The notes: a model not told the origin generated them from the sequence alone. DNA of 64,000 nucleotides from Octopus vulgaris (GCA_951406725.2 OX597835.1:40982001-41046000); one strand, 5' to 3'; shown: positions 8,791-21,789, numbered from the stretch's first letter. Program-made: numbers and translations.

Positions 8791-11700
8791 TCATTGTTAG
8801 TATAGTCACTAATTTCTCAAATTCATCTGTCCCACCACCAATATCTGGGAATCCACCAATGGGGTTGACCCAAACATTCACAAAAGCACCCTAACATGGT
8901 GGACAGCCACCTAATTGATCCTTTTTCCACCCAATATAAGTCTCCACATATATAGTATTGCTGCACACATTCCATATCTACACAAATACTCCAAAGAATT
9001 TAATGAAAACATAAGCAAAACACACTGATGCTTATGCAGCCTTTAGATACCCCAATAGTCTGATAATCAAGGCATTTTAGCTACCAGGCTTAAAGTATAA
9101 AAAAGAGTTTTTAATTTTGTGTGAGCATTTTACCCAAATTTCATTGCATTTACTGATAACATAACCAAGACGTTTTAGGGTTTCCAATAATTCAGTGAAA
9201 CAAAGTCTACACCTATATCTAACACCACACGCATTTTAATAGAGATATATATATAGAAATATATATTTCTCTCTCTTCTTTGCATATATTCTTAAAGGCT
9301 TTTGTTCATTTTAAGTCACTGAAGTATGGTCATGCTGGGGCACCACCTTTAATGGTTTTAGTCAATCATACTGAATATTTTTTTTATTTTGGTACTTATT
9401 TTATTGATCTTTGACAAGTGCATATATAGCAGGTTTCTGTACAGTTTCCATTTGAATAATTTCACTCACAAGTTATTGGTCAATCTGGATCTGTGGCAGA
9501 TACATTTGCTCAAGGTGCCACACAGTGCACATGCACTTCTGAACCCTGCAGTTATGCTTGCTAAAATATATACATAAGGATGAGGGACCCTTCCCCTGCT
9601 ACATAGGCTTATATAACTAGTTTCCCAGATTCTGTGGCATATATATTCCCTTCTGGTGGTCTGGAGCAACATGAAATGAAGTGTTTTGCACACACAATGC
9701 ATTGTCCAGTCCTGGAATTGAAACCTCAATCTTACAATCATGAGTGCAACACCCTAACCACTAAGCCACATGCTTCCACACACACACACATATTTAGTAT
9801 GATTAATGGCAGCAGTATTTGTTTAAAATAGCAATCTGTATATCACACTTAGTTATAACATTGAAAGCCTGCTAAACTGGTATTTGCCTCAAAAGAGCAT
9901 CTCTTACAGACATGTAGTGTTAAAAAGCACAAATATATCAGAAGCAGATGAAAATAGTCCAGCAGCAATGTTGGCATAGCTTAATATGTATTTCTGCTGC
10001 TTTGAGCCTTGTCAGTAGCAAGTATCCACTACCAACCTTCTAATATGGAAAAACTGTGACTGAAAAATCACTGATGTCACAATTAGTCGGCCAGCTAAAT
10101 AAAAATTTGCTATTAGCAATGGAAGCTTTATTCATTAAAAATAGCAATCTGTGTGTCATACTTAAAGCAGATATATGATTTTTGTCTGCTCCTGATGCAT
10201 TTCTGTTTTTTTAATACTGTGTTTATAAGAGGTACTTTCTTGTGACAGAAACTGCAGTTGGCAGGCTTTCCGTGATGTATTTGCGTAAAATATGATATAC
10301 GGAATGATATATGCATATGTGTGTGAGATGACATGGTGTAGTGGTTGGGATGTTGCACTCACAACTGTGAGATTATGGTTTTGATTCCCAGACCAGACTA
10401 TGTATTGTGTTCCTGAGCAAAGTACTTAATTTCACATTACTCCAGTCTGCTCAGCTGCAAATGGGCCACCCTGCAATGGAATGGTGTTCCTCAGGCAGAA
10501 TGTTGCCCTACCCAGTGGGGCAGCATCATTTAAGAGCTGCAACAATGCAAATCGCATTGTGACTAGCGGTGTAGAACAAAATCAAAGTCTGGTCAATACC
10601 ATGATATATGGATGGATAGAACAGGCACAAGCGTGTCTGTGTGGTTAAGATGTTTGCTTCCCACCCAAATGGTTTTATGTTCAATCCTACTGTAAGGCAC
10701 CTTGGGAAAGTGTCTTCTACAATAGCTCCAGACTGGCCAAAGCCTTGAGTAGATTTCGTACATGAGAACTTACAGAAAGCCTGTTATATATATCACCGTG
10801 ACCGACCAGGCTATCAGATGTTGTTACACATCGCTGGTCACAATGCGTTTCGCCGGAAGGCTTCATCAGGCAGTATTTCTACGGCTGGATGCCCTTCCTA
10901 ACGCCAACTACTCCGTGAGTGTAGTGGGTGCTTTTTACGTGCCACCGGCACGAGGCCAGTTGGGTCGGCGCTGGCAACGGTCACGAACGGATGGTTCTCT
11001 TACATGCCACCGGCACTGGTAACACATCTGCAATTTCCATTGATCGATTTCGATTCAGATCCTCACTTGCCTTAACAGGTCTTCACAAGTAGAGTTTTGT
11101 GTCCCAAGAAAGGAAGGTATGCATACGTAGGCTGGCTCCATCCCATGTAGAAAGCCACGGGTTATGGTCTCACTTGTCCTGCCGGGTCTTCTCGCGCACA
11201 GCACACTTCCATAAACACATGAAAATAAGGTATACCCTCTATTATACCATTCTCATCTTGGATGTGCCTTCAGTTCATTATTCAGCTTCACTTTGACTGC
11301 TTAATTACCAAATGTTATTCGGATGGGGTCTTACCATTTCTGGTACTGAGCTAATGGGACCAGTTATGTTTTCTAAGGCCAATTGTTCCTATGACACTTT
11401 TGGAGGTATTAAATTTCATTTGTCATAGATTGGCCCAAGTTTTAATAACTTTTATTCAGATTTAACAAGACGTGTGCGCAAACATACGAAATAAAAAAAA
11501 AAGACAACAAAAAAACATATTTCTATTTTTGAAGGAAAGAAAATTTAATTACTGAAACTTAACTTTTGCATTAATTTTATGTTAAATGGAAAAATAAAAT
11601 TTGTATTTTCTAATTCTGAAATCTTAGTGTTTTTATTCACATTATTTTTCTCATTTCTTCTGTTGGTATTCTTGTTTAGCCCTAGGTCAGTCCTGATCAA

Positions 11701-13161
11701 AAGTATTCCACCCATCATTTTTTTTTTAATGTACAGCAAACTGAGGATCAAATCACATATATTAAGATGTAGAGTGTAACTTGGAGACTTGGTTGTTATT
11801 TCTAGTTAGTCACATAACCACATAGATGGGCCTTTATTGACTCAAGATGTTAGTGGTAGAGGTGTTTAACCCCAGGCTAGTACTTCTCCAGCATACCTAT
11901 GATCACAGGTTTCTAGTAGTGATCATTCTCCCATTTTTTCTTGAGACATAAATGTAGCAAGGGATCCAGGATCCAGTGTCCTTCCTTGTGATTTGAGGAC
12001 AATTCAGTTGTTATTTCTAACAGGTCAGGTAACCATGTACAGGCAATGGGAGCTATGTATTTAATCCCCCTACAAGAAATACCAACCAAACCTCCCTCAA
12101 ATTATTTCAACCTTCATCTTAACCCTTTTATTGCAGAAATCAGATCCACTCAAAATTTCATTACTTTTAACTGCAGAAAGTAGTTTTATATTCCAATCTG
12201 TTGAGGAATGTCATGAACAGAATTATTGTACATAAGATATGTCAAGTTTATTGAGACACGACTTACAGAAAATACCAATTCTATATTTTATAGTAAAATA
12301 TTTAATATAATTACTGAAATAATGATGGAATTTAATTTCACTGTTAAAGAGTTAAATAAAGTATAAGACAGTCACCTGTGTATCATACTTAATGCAAATA
12401 CTTAAAGCCAAATTAACACATCTAACATTCTGACTACCACCACCGCTGGACAATTTTCATGTGTTATTTAACACAATACATTCATCAGAGGTGCTGTATC
12501 CAGATAAATACAGCAGTTTATTTAGCTTTCTGTGAGGTATTTGCATTAAATATAATACACAGATGGCTATTTTAAACTAATATTGCTTCCGTTACGCATA
12601 AAAGCAGGATACATTGGATAACAAAGTCACTCACTGAAATACAAAAAAAAAGAGGGGATGGTCATAATTCCTTCCATTATAAATCTATTTGATCAGGATT
12701 GATCTAGAAGTAAACAATAATGATTGGGCCATATTTTTGTATCAATTAATTAAAAATATCCCTCACCCATCTCCATTAGGTGATTGGTTGTATGGGAGGG
12801 GAGATAAACCAACAGCTGCTACACTAAATTCCACATGACATCTCTCATAAACCATGTCTCTATTTTCAGAGTTGAGGTTGTGAGAAATTTACTTCACAAC
12901 CATATGATTTTGGATCCAATCCCTTGTTCGTAAGATGGTTAATAATTTTATGGGTGGCTGCCAGACATTGAAGTTTCAATGTGTCCATGTCCAGGGAAGT
13001 AAGGCATTCAGACTATGGCAAATACCTGATGGAGGGTATTCATAACCATATGATTTTGGATTCAATCCCACTCAATATGCTACACTTTGCTGGTATCTTC
13101 TGCTACAGCCTCGAGTTGAGCAATTTCTTATGCATGGAATTTGGTAGACACAATATATATA

Positions 13162-13392
13162 CAGGGTTGGCCAAAAGTTACCTGACATTAAATCAAAACC
13201 ATTTAATTTCAAAATATTTTAATGTTTAACAACTGAATGTATTTAATAAAAGCACCTAAATATGAAACATCATGAAAATTGCTCAAACTGAAGTCCTTGA
13301 GCGACACCTTTTTTCCATTCGAGTCAATACAGAATTACAGAGAGTATTTATGGAATTTTGATTTACTGTTGAGTGACTTTTGGCCAACCCTG
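13162..13392. mobile_element. Tc1/mariner-type MITE
   Basis: TA|CAGGGTTGGCCAAAAGT ... ACTTTTGGCCAACCCTG|TA. Confidence 0.85.
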
Positions 13393-13394
13393 TA

Positions 13395-13798
13395 TCATCA
13401 TCATCGTTTAACGTCCACTTTCCATGCTAGCATTGGTTGGATGGTTCAACTGGGGTCTGGGAAGCCAGAAGGCTGCACCAGGCCCAGTCTGATCTGGCAG
13501 TGTTTCTACGGCTGGATGCCCTTCCTAACGCCAACCACTCCGTGAGTGTAGTGGGTGCTTTTTACGTGCCAGACGGGGCTGGCAAACGGCCACAACTGGA
13601 TGATGCTTTTTACGTGCCACCGGCATGGAGGCCAGTCAGGGTGGCGCTGTCTACTGCCACGTTCAGATGGTTCTCTTACGTGCCACCGGCACTGGTATCA
13701 CAGCTACAAATTCCAATGATGTTGATCGATTACGATTTTCACTTGCCTCAACAGGTCTTCACAAGTGGAGTTTTGTGTCCCAAGAAGGAAAGGAATGC
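13395..13798 (-). mobile_element. retroposon family B (RTE-like 3' UTR/SINE) with (GAT)n tail and internal ~58-bp tandem units; copies ~10855-11215, 16298-16586, 23150-23475, 24270-24735, 27113-27397, 31268-31590, 37875-38175, 38325-38720, 44205-44555, 47960-48475, 52249-52500, 55495-55800, 62732-63112
   Basis: Shared GCATGGAAAGYGGACGTTAAACGATGATGATG 3' end, GGAAGGGCATCCAGC core and variable 5' truncation. Confidence 0.85.
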
Positions 13799-14830
13799 AT
13801 ATGTTATTTAATAACAGTTTGACTTGGTTCCATATAACTTAGGTTTCTAGGTTTGTGGAATGAACATCCCTCATCAAACATCTGAAGATATATTTCTTTA
13901 CTACCCACAAGGGGCTACACAGAGGGGACAAACAAGGACAGACAAACGGATTAAATCGATTACATCAACCCCAGTGTGTAACTGGTACTTAATTTATCGA
14001 CCCCGAAAGGACGAAATGCAAAGTCAACTTCGACGGAATTGACATCTGAAGATAGAGTGACAGGATGTGAGACAAATTCAAGGTGGCTTCTAGATGTTAG
14101 GCCATCGATTTGTCAACTCAGATCACATAATTGTTATTGGTCCGGAAGTGATATGGATTATTTACTTGGTTCTAAGACCTATGTGTTATTAAATAACATG
14201 TAACTCCAACTAAATGTCTTTTGATCATTCACTCACTCATATATATATATAAAATTTGAAAAAAACCCACCTTTTATCAATTCAAAATGAACAATTAAAT
14301 TATACCATCTAGAAAAGTTAAAATTAAAATAACAATAAAATGTAAAGAATAAGTAAATTGCAAAAATAATAATAAAAACACATATATGTTTTTATTATTA
14401 TTATTTTTGCAATTTACTTAATCTTTACATTTTATTATTTTAATTTTAACTTTTCTATTATATGTAATTTTCTAGATGGTGTAATTTAATTGTTCATTTT
14501 GAATTTATAAAAGGTGTTTTTTTTCTAATTATTTTATATATATATTATATTGTGTGAGATTTGATTTAGTATTTCTAAATTGAATTTTTTTCCTTGTAAG
14601 TTTGGATTTTATTCCCTCAAATAATAATTATATATAAATATATGTCTGAAGAATTACACACATACACACACACACAGGGTTTGGAAAATAATGGGAATCC
14701 ACTTTATATTCAACTACTTTCCTATGGGGTAATATGATAAATTCGATATTGTTCCAGTCGGTATTTATGCGTTCAAATGCATTGTGTCTGAAAGAATGGA
14801 AACCAAGAAAATGACAAAATATTTACAAAA

Positions 14831-14836
14831 TTTATT
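14831..14836 (-). terminator. candidate RPF2 polyadenylation signal AATAAA
   Basis: tttatt on +, about 20 nt after the RPF2 stop, followed by T/GT-rich sequence on the minus strand. Confidence 0.45.
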
Positions 14837-14855
14837 AAGATTTTCTCTTGAACTT

Positions 14856-15020
14856 TTAATTTTCAGTTGAAACTGTCTTTTTCTTCTTCTCAATAATTTT
14901 CCTGGCTTTGTACGCTTTGACTTTGCGCGTTTGTAATTTGCTGTAGTCTTGTCTTTCCATATGAATTCGGCCAGTCTTATTGCGGAAGGCATCATGTGCT
15001 ATATTTTTCCTCTTCTGGAT
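14856..15020 (-). CDS. RPF2: RPF2 exon 10 (last)
   Basis: tttcag| IQKRKNIAHDAFRNKTGRIHMERQDYSKLQTRKVKAYKARKIIEKKKKTVSTEN TAA. GRIH..QD.SKLQTRK motif. Confidence 0.96.
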   Translation of the reverse strand: MQKRKNIAHDAFRNKTGRIHMERQDYSKLQTRKVKAYKARKIIEKKKKTVSTEN

Positions 15021-15846
15021 CTGAAAAAGGAAGAATTAAAAAGCAATATTACATAACGATTCTAATATGTATTAGACTTGCAGAGCTGCCCTGCCATACC
15101 CAGATTCTATATTGCAGTAATACTATGTAGTACTGAGCACATTTTGGTATACATTACAAAGTATTTAACTAACAAAATAGGATCTCCGTGTATTTTCCTA
15201 GACAGGAATTACAGCAGACTTTTTATGTTCACTTATTTGTCACAGAATAAAAACAATTTTCTTAGTCTCTCCCTTGTGGCACAATGACGAAACCAAGTTC
15301 CCAACATTTTAAGTATCATTGGTTGGACATGTGAAAAGGTAGATTCTACCTACTTGCAATGCTTGCCATTCAGATTATTTTGATGGTCATGGCAAAATTA
15401 AGAGAGGAAATTGAAGCGCTTTCAAAATTTCAAATGACAAAAAAATCTGTTGGCTTCCAAACTATTTTGGGAATGAAATTCTTCTGATGGGGAATCTTGT
15501 GTCATTGTTAAGTTTGGAGGATCTAGACAAGGTAACACAACTGATGCACTAAGCTTCATTAGCAGATTGTATGGAGGGTTTTACTGCTGGTTGAAGGATG
15601 TTCAGAAACTGCTGGACAAATTACAACCTACTCCTGGTAACTGTCCAATGGTTTTTAGCGTTTCTTGTTGCCTTCTGTAAATTTCTCTAACAGCAACATT
15701 TTTTGTTTAGTGTTAAAATTTTTCATTCACAGAATGTGGATGTCTGTAATGACTGCAATCAGCTCCTATTATGTTTGAATGATTTGATAAAAAATAAATA
15801 ATTTGGGTCACTGGAACCTCTTTTGAAATGAAAAAGAAAATGCTTA

Positions 15847-16260
15847 GGATCTTTTCGGTTTGAACGGCAGTTTTTTTCTAGCGGTGTCATATGAAATTGT
15901 CACCCATAATTATGACCCTTAGTATCGATCTATTGCATTTCAATCTGTTTTAGGGTTAGGGTTAGGGGGGAAGGGTATCTTTTTTTCTTCAGAAATGTAA
16001 ATAAACCCAATCTGTTTCTTAAACGAGGGACATATTCATACGGCACAGAATGTTTTCACCTCAATAGACGGTTGTTGTTTGGTTGAAATTTCCGAAATAC
16101 AAGAAATTAAAGACCAAATATCTTACAAACTATAGAATTTTCTCAATAAGGCCAAAGGAAAAAGATGCTTTATAAACACATTCTACCAGTATACGAAGTT
16201 TAAAATTTTTTAGTTACCTAGAAATTATGTTAAAAACTGCCGTTCAAACCGAAAAGATCC
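15847..16260. mobile_element. MITE with ~29-bp TIR (GGATCTTTTCGGTTTGAACGGCAGTTTTT) and 8-bp TSD; copies 20112-20509 and 33675-34092 in the opposite orientation
   Basis: TSD AATGCTTA here and CTTATCAT at 33675-34092. GG termini with an 8-bp TSD suggest Merlin-like (inference). Confidence 0.9.
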
Positions 16261-17386
16261 AATGCTTATATTTATATATCTATCTATATATATATATCAT
16301 CATCATCGTTTAACGTCCACTTTCCATGCTAGCATGGGTTGGATGGTTCAACTGGGGTCTGGCAAGCCCGAAGGCTGCACCAGGCCAGTCAGATCTGGCA
16401 GTGTTTCTACAGCTGGATGCCCTTCCTAACGCCAACCACTCCGAGAGTGTAGTGGGTGATTTTATGTGCCACCGACACAGGTGCCAGACGGCCACGCTCG
16501 GATGGTGTTTTTTATGTGCCACCGACACAGGTGCCAGACGAGGCTGGCAGACGGCCACGCTCGGATGGTGTTTTTTATGTGCCACCTATATATATATAGT
16601 TGTGGATCCAGATCTATGAATATTTATTTATTTATGTATGTAGATGAAGATCTCCCTCGACTAAGGATAAGCACTTCACAAGTTACGTCTTATTCACAGA
16701 CAACAGATAATGTTCTAGCAAACAGTAATAATCTTTTTTATTATTACCAGAAGAGTGACCGATGAAGGGATATTACAGAGACAAGTTACAAAAAGTGTTG
16801 AAGTTTCCAGAGAAATCAAAGACAGGGAAAAAAAAGGTAAGGGCAAACTGGTAAAAAGGGGATAGAAAAATGTCATAGAGACCCCAGAGAGGATGAGTGC
16901 CAAAACCAAATTTCAAAGTGCCACGTAAAAAGCACCCAGCCCCCTCTGCTGGGTGGTTGGTGTTAGGAAGGGTGTGTAGCTATAAAAACCTTGCCAAAAA
17001 CAAGACACAGAAGTACGATGCAGGCTTCTGCTTGGCCAGCTCCTGTAAAACCGTCCAACCTATGCCAACTTGGACGGAGGATGTTAAATGGTGATGAGGA
17101 TGACGATGAACATCACATCCCCAGAGTAAGCAGCCACCACACAGCTGTTGTTCCCCAGCCTACAGACACTTACTGAGCACAGACCTGTTTATTCTTACCA
17201 ACTCTCATTGATCTTTCAACAAATTACAGGAGGGCAGCACACTCCTCTCCATCCTCAGCCATCCTTTCCCAGTGGAACTCGAAACAAAATCAATGTGGTC
17301 TTAGTCAAAGAAGAAAGTCTCTACTACACAACCATTTTTGCTATGACCACCACACAGAGGAATACTGCCAAACATTCCTGGCTCAA

Positions 17387-17787
17387 TTAACCCTTTCGTT
17401 ACCAACCCGGCTAAAACTGGCTTTGGCTCTGTAGTATAAATGTCTTCTTTTCATAAGTTTTGAATTAAAATCTTCTACCAAACCTTAGTCACAATTTATG
17501 GTCCTAACACTAGCTGAATGATAACTAAGTTATTTTACTAAATTCTTTGTTATATTTAACCCTTTTGATACCAACCCGGCAGAAATTGCCTCTGGCTCTG
17601 TAGTACAAATGTCTTGTTTTCATAAGTTTCGAATTAAATCTTCCACCAAAGAAACCTTAGTCACAATTTATGTTCTTAACACTAGCTGAATGACAACTAA
17701 GTTATTTTACTAAATTCTTTGTTATATTTAAAGTAATTGAAAGAAACACAGAGGATCTCTAAATAAATACAGTAACGAAAGGGTTAA
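17387..17787. mobile_element. piggyBac-like MITE with internal tandem duplication; related copy 45905-46118
   Basis: TTAACCCTTTCGTTAC ... GTAACGAAAGGGTTAA, with a second left end at ~17557. Confidence 0.8.
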
Positions 17788-17934
17788 AGCAGCAAGGTAA
17801 CCCTCATGATGGACTTGGCCAAGAAAGATCCATTCTACTTATGATGACAGCTGTTTGACAAAGCTCCACAAGTCAGCAATGCTGAGACATGTACAGGTGA
17901 CAACAGGAAGATGATGACAAATAGTAGAACAAAC

Positions 17935-18079
17935 CTTTGCAGCCCTTGGACGCTTGCAAGCACGTTTAAATAAGGCATCTGTTGCCAGTTTTGTCCGCCG
18001 GAGAACAAACTCAAATGATGGTCCCATGTCAGAGAGGTCAATATAAGGAGTGCGGGAACCAGACTTCTTCAATGATATT
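17935..18079 (-). CDS. RPF2: RPF2 exon 9
   Basis: ttctag| (K)ISLKKSGSRTPYIDLSDMGPSFEFVLRRTKLATDALFKRACKRPRAAK |gtttgt. Brix sigma70-like motif. Confidence 0.96.
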
Positions 18080-20567
18080 CTAGAAATAAAGCAGAAAAAA
18101 AAATGTACTCAAGTTAAATATATATGTGTTTGTGTGTTCACACACAAAATAAGAAATATGGAACCAAGTCAAACTGTTATTAAATAACATTTAGGGTTGG
18201 CCAAAAGTCACCCGACAGTAAATCAAAATTCCATAAATACTCTCTGTCATTCTGTATTGACTCGAATGGAAAAAAGGTGTCGCTTAAGAAGGACTTCAGT
18301 TTGAACAATTTTCATGACGTTTCATATTTACTAAATATCATATAAGATCAAATGTAGATTTATTGAGGTGCTTTTTGTGTGGCACCAGCACCAGTGCTTT
18401 TTACATGATACCAAGGGTCAAAAAAAAATCATCCTGGGTTTTATCCGTGATGTTGGGCCAATATTACACGTTTTAATGCACTAAAAACATTTGTCCCCAA
18501 ATATTTGCTGCCAAAATTGGGTTGCATCTAATATGCTCTTGCGTCTTCTAAGCCATCAGATATATTAAGTCTTTTATACTTGCATAACTTTTCTAATGAA
18601 AAGTACTTAACTGTAAAAAAATAAGGAGGGTTCATATTGCTGCTGTTGACTATGCCTGAGCCCAGGTCAACTCCTGATCCTAAAGACATAATGGTCAAAA
18701 GAACTCCAGATATAGCCATCCTGATTTTATTTCTCGCACAGGCCATGATGATGACATTCAGGTGTTTGATCAGCAGAACTACTGATTTGTTAGATTAGCA
18801 TATAAGTGGCTGAGTATTCCACAGGTAATGAGCTGGCAGAAACGTTAGCACGCCGGGCGAAATGAGTAGCCGTAATTCGTCTGTCGTTACGTTGTGAGTT
18901 CAAATTCCGCCGAGGTCGACTTTGCCTTTCATCCTTTCGGGGTCGATAAGTTAAGTAGCAGTTACGCACTGGGGTCGATGTAATCAACTTAATACCTATG
19001 TCTGTCTTTGTCCCTTCTATGTTTAGCCCCTTGTGGGTAATAAAGAAATAGTTAATGAGCATTCTTGACATAATTTTCAGACAGATTCAGTGCAACGACA
19101 GAAGTCAAAGCCGGACCTTTGGATTATAAGCAACAATCCATTCCGTCCATGCCACCCACCCAAGATGCTGTACATGCAGTTGAATTGAAAGCAGGACCTT
19201 ATGATTGCAAAGCAGTGTTCTTATCCATTTGGCCACACCTGACACTGTCGTTGTCATCACCACCCACACCTGGATATTACCGTCTTGGGTTCTAGGACTG
19301 ATGGGACCAGCTACCTGGTTTCCATGGTGTATGTGGTGGGACTGAGATCGCAATATTCTCCCTGAATGAGATGCCAGGCCATTACAGGGTTACTTTTTTA
19401 CACCTGAGTATAGAATAAGTACTAGGCTTCCAAAGAATAAGCCCTGGGGTCGATTTGCTTGACTAAAGGCAGTGCTCCAGCATGGCCGCAATCAAATAAC
19501 TGAAACAAATAAAAGAAAAAAAGACACTGACAATGTCACCAATCTGGACTGGTTCTGTATTTACTAAACCTGGAATAATGAAAAGTGAAGGTGACTGGCC
19601 AAGTGGTTAGAATGCTGCACTCACAATTGCGAGATAGCGGTTTCAATTCCCTGACAGGAAGGTGTGTTGTGTTTATGAACAAAACTTTTCATTTCACATT
19701 GCACAAGTTCACTAAGCAGCAAATGAGTGGCCCTGCAATGGACTGGCATTTCATTCAGAGGTACTGCAGTAATCTTGGTCATTTATGCACCATAGAAGCC
19801 AGGTAGCAAGCCCCATGAATCCTAGGACTTCAGACAATAAAATCCAGGAGTTGATGACTGATGAAAAATGACCCCAGTAGAATTTGAACTCACAGTGAAG
19901 TGAAGTGAAAAAAAGTTTTGCAAAATATTCTATTTGACTTAAATGACTTTGCCATTAGAAAAAATGGATGAAGGTGTGGGGGGACAGGGACATTTTTGAC
20001 CAAAGGTTTATTTGAATACAGCTGACCAGGGGCTAAACAGCTACAATATTCTAGCTTCAGTAGTTCAATACCTTACCAAACACACTGTAACTAATGTAAC
20101 TTAAAAAAAAGGGATATTTTCGGTTTGAATGGCAGTTTTTAACATAATTTCTTGGTAACTAAAAGATTTTAAACTTCGTATACTGGTAGAATGTGTTTAT
20201 AAAACATCTTTTTCTCTTGGCATTATTGAGAAAATTCTATAGTTTGTAAGATATTTGTTGTTTTTTTTCTTCAATTTCTGCAATTTCAACCAATCACTGA
20301 CGTCTATTGAGTTAAAAAGCATTCTGTGCTGTATGAATATGTCCCTCGTTTAAGAAACAGATTGAGTTTATTTACATTTGTGAAGAAAAAAAAAACACCC
20401 TACCCCCACCCCTAACTCTAAAAGAGATTGAAATGCAATAGATCAATTGTAGGGTCATAATTTCATATGACACCGCTAGAAAAAACTGCCGTTCAAACCG
20501 AAAAGATCCCCAAAAAGATAGGGGAGAGAGAGCAGGGCTTTTGTGTACATATATAAAAATGACTTAC

Positions 20568-20670
20568 TTATAATTCCGCATGTAAATCTTGCCATCTGCT
20601 GCAACAAACATGATCACATGTTCCAACCCAGCCAGACGTACATTATCGACAACAGCACCGCGAAAGAAGT
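20568..20670 (-). CDS. RPF2: RPF2 exon 8
   Basis: ttatag| (D)FFRGAVVDNVRLAGLEHVIMFVAADGKIYMRNY(K) |gtaagt. Confidence 0.96.
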
Positions 20671-20760
20671 CTATAATAAAAGACAAAGAATGGAAATATT
20701 AACCATAAGCCTTGTGAGTGGATTTGTTAGACGTGTATATATATGTGTGTGTGTGTGACG

Positions 20761-21148
20761 TGGAGGCACAATGGCCCAGTGGTTAGGGCAGCGGACTCGC
20801 AGTCGTAGGTTCGCGGTTTCGATTCGCAGACTGGGCGTTGTGAGTGTTTATTGAGCGAAAACACCTAAAAGCTCCACGAGGCTCCGGCAGGGGATGGTGG
20901 TGATCCCTGCTGTACTCTTTCACCACAACTTTCTCTCACTCTTTCTTCTTCTTCCTGTTTCTGTTGTACCTGTATTTCAAAGGGCCGGCCTTGTCACTCT
21001 CTGTGTCACGCTGAATATCCCCGAGAACCACGTTAAGGGTACACGTGTCTGTGGAATGCTCAGCCACTTACACGTTAATTTCACGAGCAGGCTGTTCCGT
21101 TGATCGGATCAACCGGAACCCTAATTGTCGTAACCGACGGAGTGCTTC
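20761..21148 (+). mobile_element. tRNA-derived SINE; related diverged copy ~30790-31025(-)
   Basis: TGGCCCAGTGGTTAGGGC A-box, GGTTTCGATTC B-box, non-tRNA body and A tail. Confidence 0.75.
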
Positions 21149-21789
21149 TAAAAAAAAAATGTGTGTGTGTGTGTTTGTGTCTGTCTCCCACTATCGCTCG
21201 ACAACTGATGTTTGGTGAGTTTCACATTCCTGTAACCTCATACTAGAAGCTCGTCAACGGAGACTCAGTTCACACAGTATCAAGATATATGTAAACCTAC
21301 GTAGTAGACACATAAACACTCACAAATATGATGTAGAAGACAGGGAAATGTTGTATCATTTATGGGAATGGGTCATAATATTTGTTATAAACCATATGTA
21401 TTTTTTTTTTGTTTTCCTAAATCCTACAAAACAGCTAATGAAATACATGAACGGAGTGTGTTTAGAACAATAAGATAAAAACATAGAACTCAGAACGTAA
21501 AGACAGACAAAATACTGCTAAGCATTTTGCCTGGTGTGCTAATGTTCCTGCCAGCTTGCCGCCTTGGGCAACCTGGACATCAAGAGAAGGATTTTCCAAG
21601 GAAATACACACAAAACTGCATGCACAAGGCTTTGGTCGACCCAAGATGTCACACAGCTGGATCGAACCCAGATGCAAAACTAACTTATTAACCAAATAGC
21701 AATGCCTGTCAAATATTTGAAATATTGAATCGATATAAAAATAAAAGGATGCCATCATTGCCATTGTCATCATCAATACAATAACTTAC

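Noticed and set aside
14765-14995. Supplied 76-aa minus-strand ORF as a separate gene
   Set aside because: It is an alternative frame overlapping RPF2 exon 10.
15064-15160. Possible H/ACA snoRNA near the exon 10 acceptor
   Set aside because: ANANNA and ACA are present on the sense strand, but the hairpins are too short and weak and have no pseudouridylation pocket.
15950-15970. Interstitial telomeric TTAGGG repeats
   Set aside because: Only about three units, and they are part of the MITE consensus seen in all three copies.
16759-16775. CCGATGA-AGGGA hammerhead half
   Set aside because: No downstream GAAA/NUH half or stems; too truncated to support.
17841-17885. Box C/D-like ATGATGA...CTGA
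   Set aside because: It is antisense to the RPF2 host, only ~45 nt long, and has no terminal stem or recognisable guide.
20761-20835. tRNA gene
   Set aside because: A and B boxes are present, but there is no complete cloverleaf and the sequence continues into a SINE body. The other SINE heads were rejected for the same reason.
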